A stretch of DNA of 64,000 nt. Origin: Squalus acanthias (Eukaryota). The notes beneath the pieces were generated by a model. It saw only the letters and a list, made by a program, of their open reading frames with translations. It made no database searches and was not told where the DNA came from. Of this stretch, positions 63,247-64,000 are shown in pieces. Position numbers and translations under genes: made by a program. The stretch covers positions 1,426,001-1,490,000 of the forward strand of contig JASTWF010000034.1 of NCBI GenBank assembly GCA_030390025.1. The letters are read 5' to 3'. Each line of letters begins with the position of its first letter. The first letter of the stretch is position 1.

Positions 63247-64000
63247 GTAGAATTCGCAATATATCGCGATTTGATTAATAAGGAGAAAACACAAAGTTTC
63301 GTTCAAACAGCTTTTATTTCAGCAGAATGCTGGCAGGTTTAAATTGGACACAAGCAGCCTGTAAAATGGCCGCCGCACCTCGTGACAGAACATTCTAGAC
63401 TTTTCAACAGGCAGACAAGATGGCGTTCCAATAAACATTTGTGCAAGATCGATTAAGATTCAGCACAGTGAAGATAATACACGAGACATTATGGGTTTGC
63501 AGTATAAACATAGATACTGGAATCGGTCTCCCAGGTACAAAGGAAAGCCATTGTACCGAGTAATCAAGGGCCCATCCAAAAGACATTAATATGTAAAATC
63601 CCAACGACTCTACGATGAGAGAGCCGTTAGCAGGTAGTTATACAGGACACTTGGAAGCCCCAAACCCCTCCAGGGAGAACACCGACCGATTGAACAATGG
63701 GAGAAATATTAACAGGTACTCAGACATTTACGAGTAGCCCCGAAACCCATTAAGAACGGAGATCACCCATACAAGACATTTGGGCGCCAAACCCTAAACA
63801 AAAGAAAGGACATAATAGTTGGGCGGGAAACGGAAGATTTTGCACTATAATTGCAGGCTCCAAACCGTCCATTCTCTCTCTTGCATTCGCTCGCTTGCTC
63901 CTGTGCTTTTATCCGGTCGATTCGTAACCTCGTGGCTGCTCCTGTGTGCTCGTAGTTGGGCTTCTGCTTGCCTGTTGCCTCTTCTGAAAAGACTGTTGAA
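63247..64000 (+). mobile_element. Possible retroviral/LTR-retrotransposon LTR running off the window
   Basis: Begins TGTAG next to a truncated LINE; YY1-like motifs (~63362, ~63417), GC box and ETS-like gggcgggaaacggaag (~63821), and CTATAA (~63845) followed by a pyrimidine-rich R-like tract. No second LTR or PBS is visible. Confidence 0.4.

Overview
Repeat-dense vertebrate genomic DNA, most likely from a cartilaginous fish (inferred from the CR1, L2, RTE, Deu-SINE and Penelope repertoire and an expanded-family GPR139-like receptor). It is not prokaryotic and has no CRISPR array or rRNA. Most of the window is tandem repeat (about ten unrelated 24-75 bp families) and decayed retroelements. Genic content: (i) a decayed C2H2 zinc-finger exon at the left edge; (ii) two copies of a ~750-bp promoter-like, two-exon module; (iii) a three-exon PEX5 pseudogene fragment that keeps the LVxEF and WxxxF motifs; (iv) an intact GPR139-like GPCR exon 2 on the minus strand, with two different phase-compatible first exons, each with its own homologous promoter and no second exon 2 visible; (v) a Harbinger transposon remnant (transposase plus Myb/SANT gene) in the GPCR intron. 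The main structural oddities are a 2-kb near-perfect Penelope GIY-YIG palindrome with hammerhead ribozymes at both ends and a target-site duplication, and a YY1-motif minisatellite just behind the GPCR stop codon. Repeat boundaries were read by eye and are approximate to tens of bp. No database search was run; family assignments come from recalled motifs.
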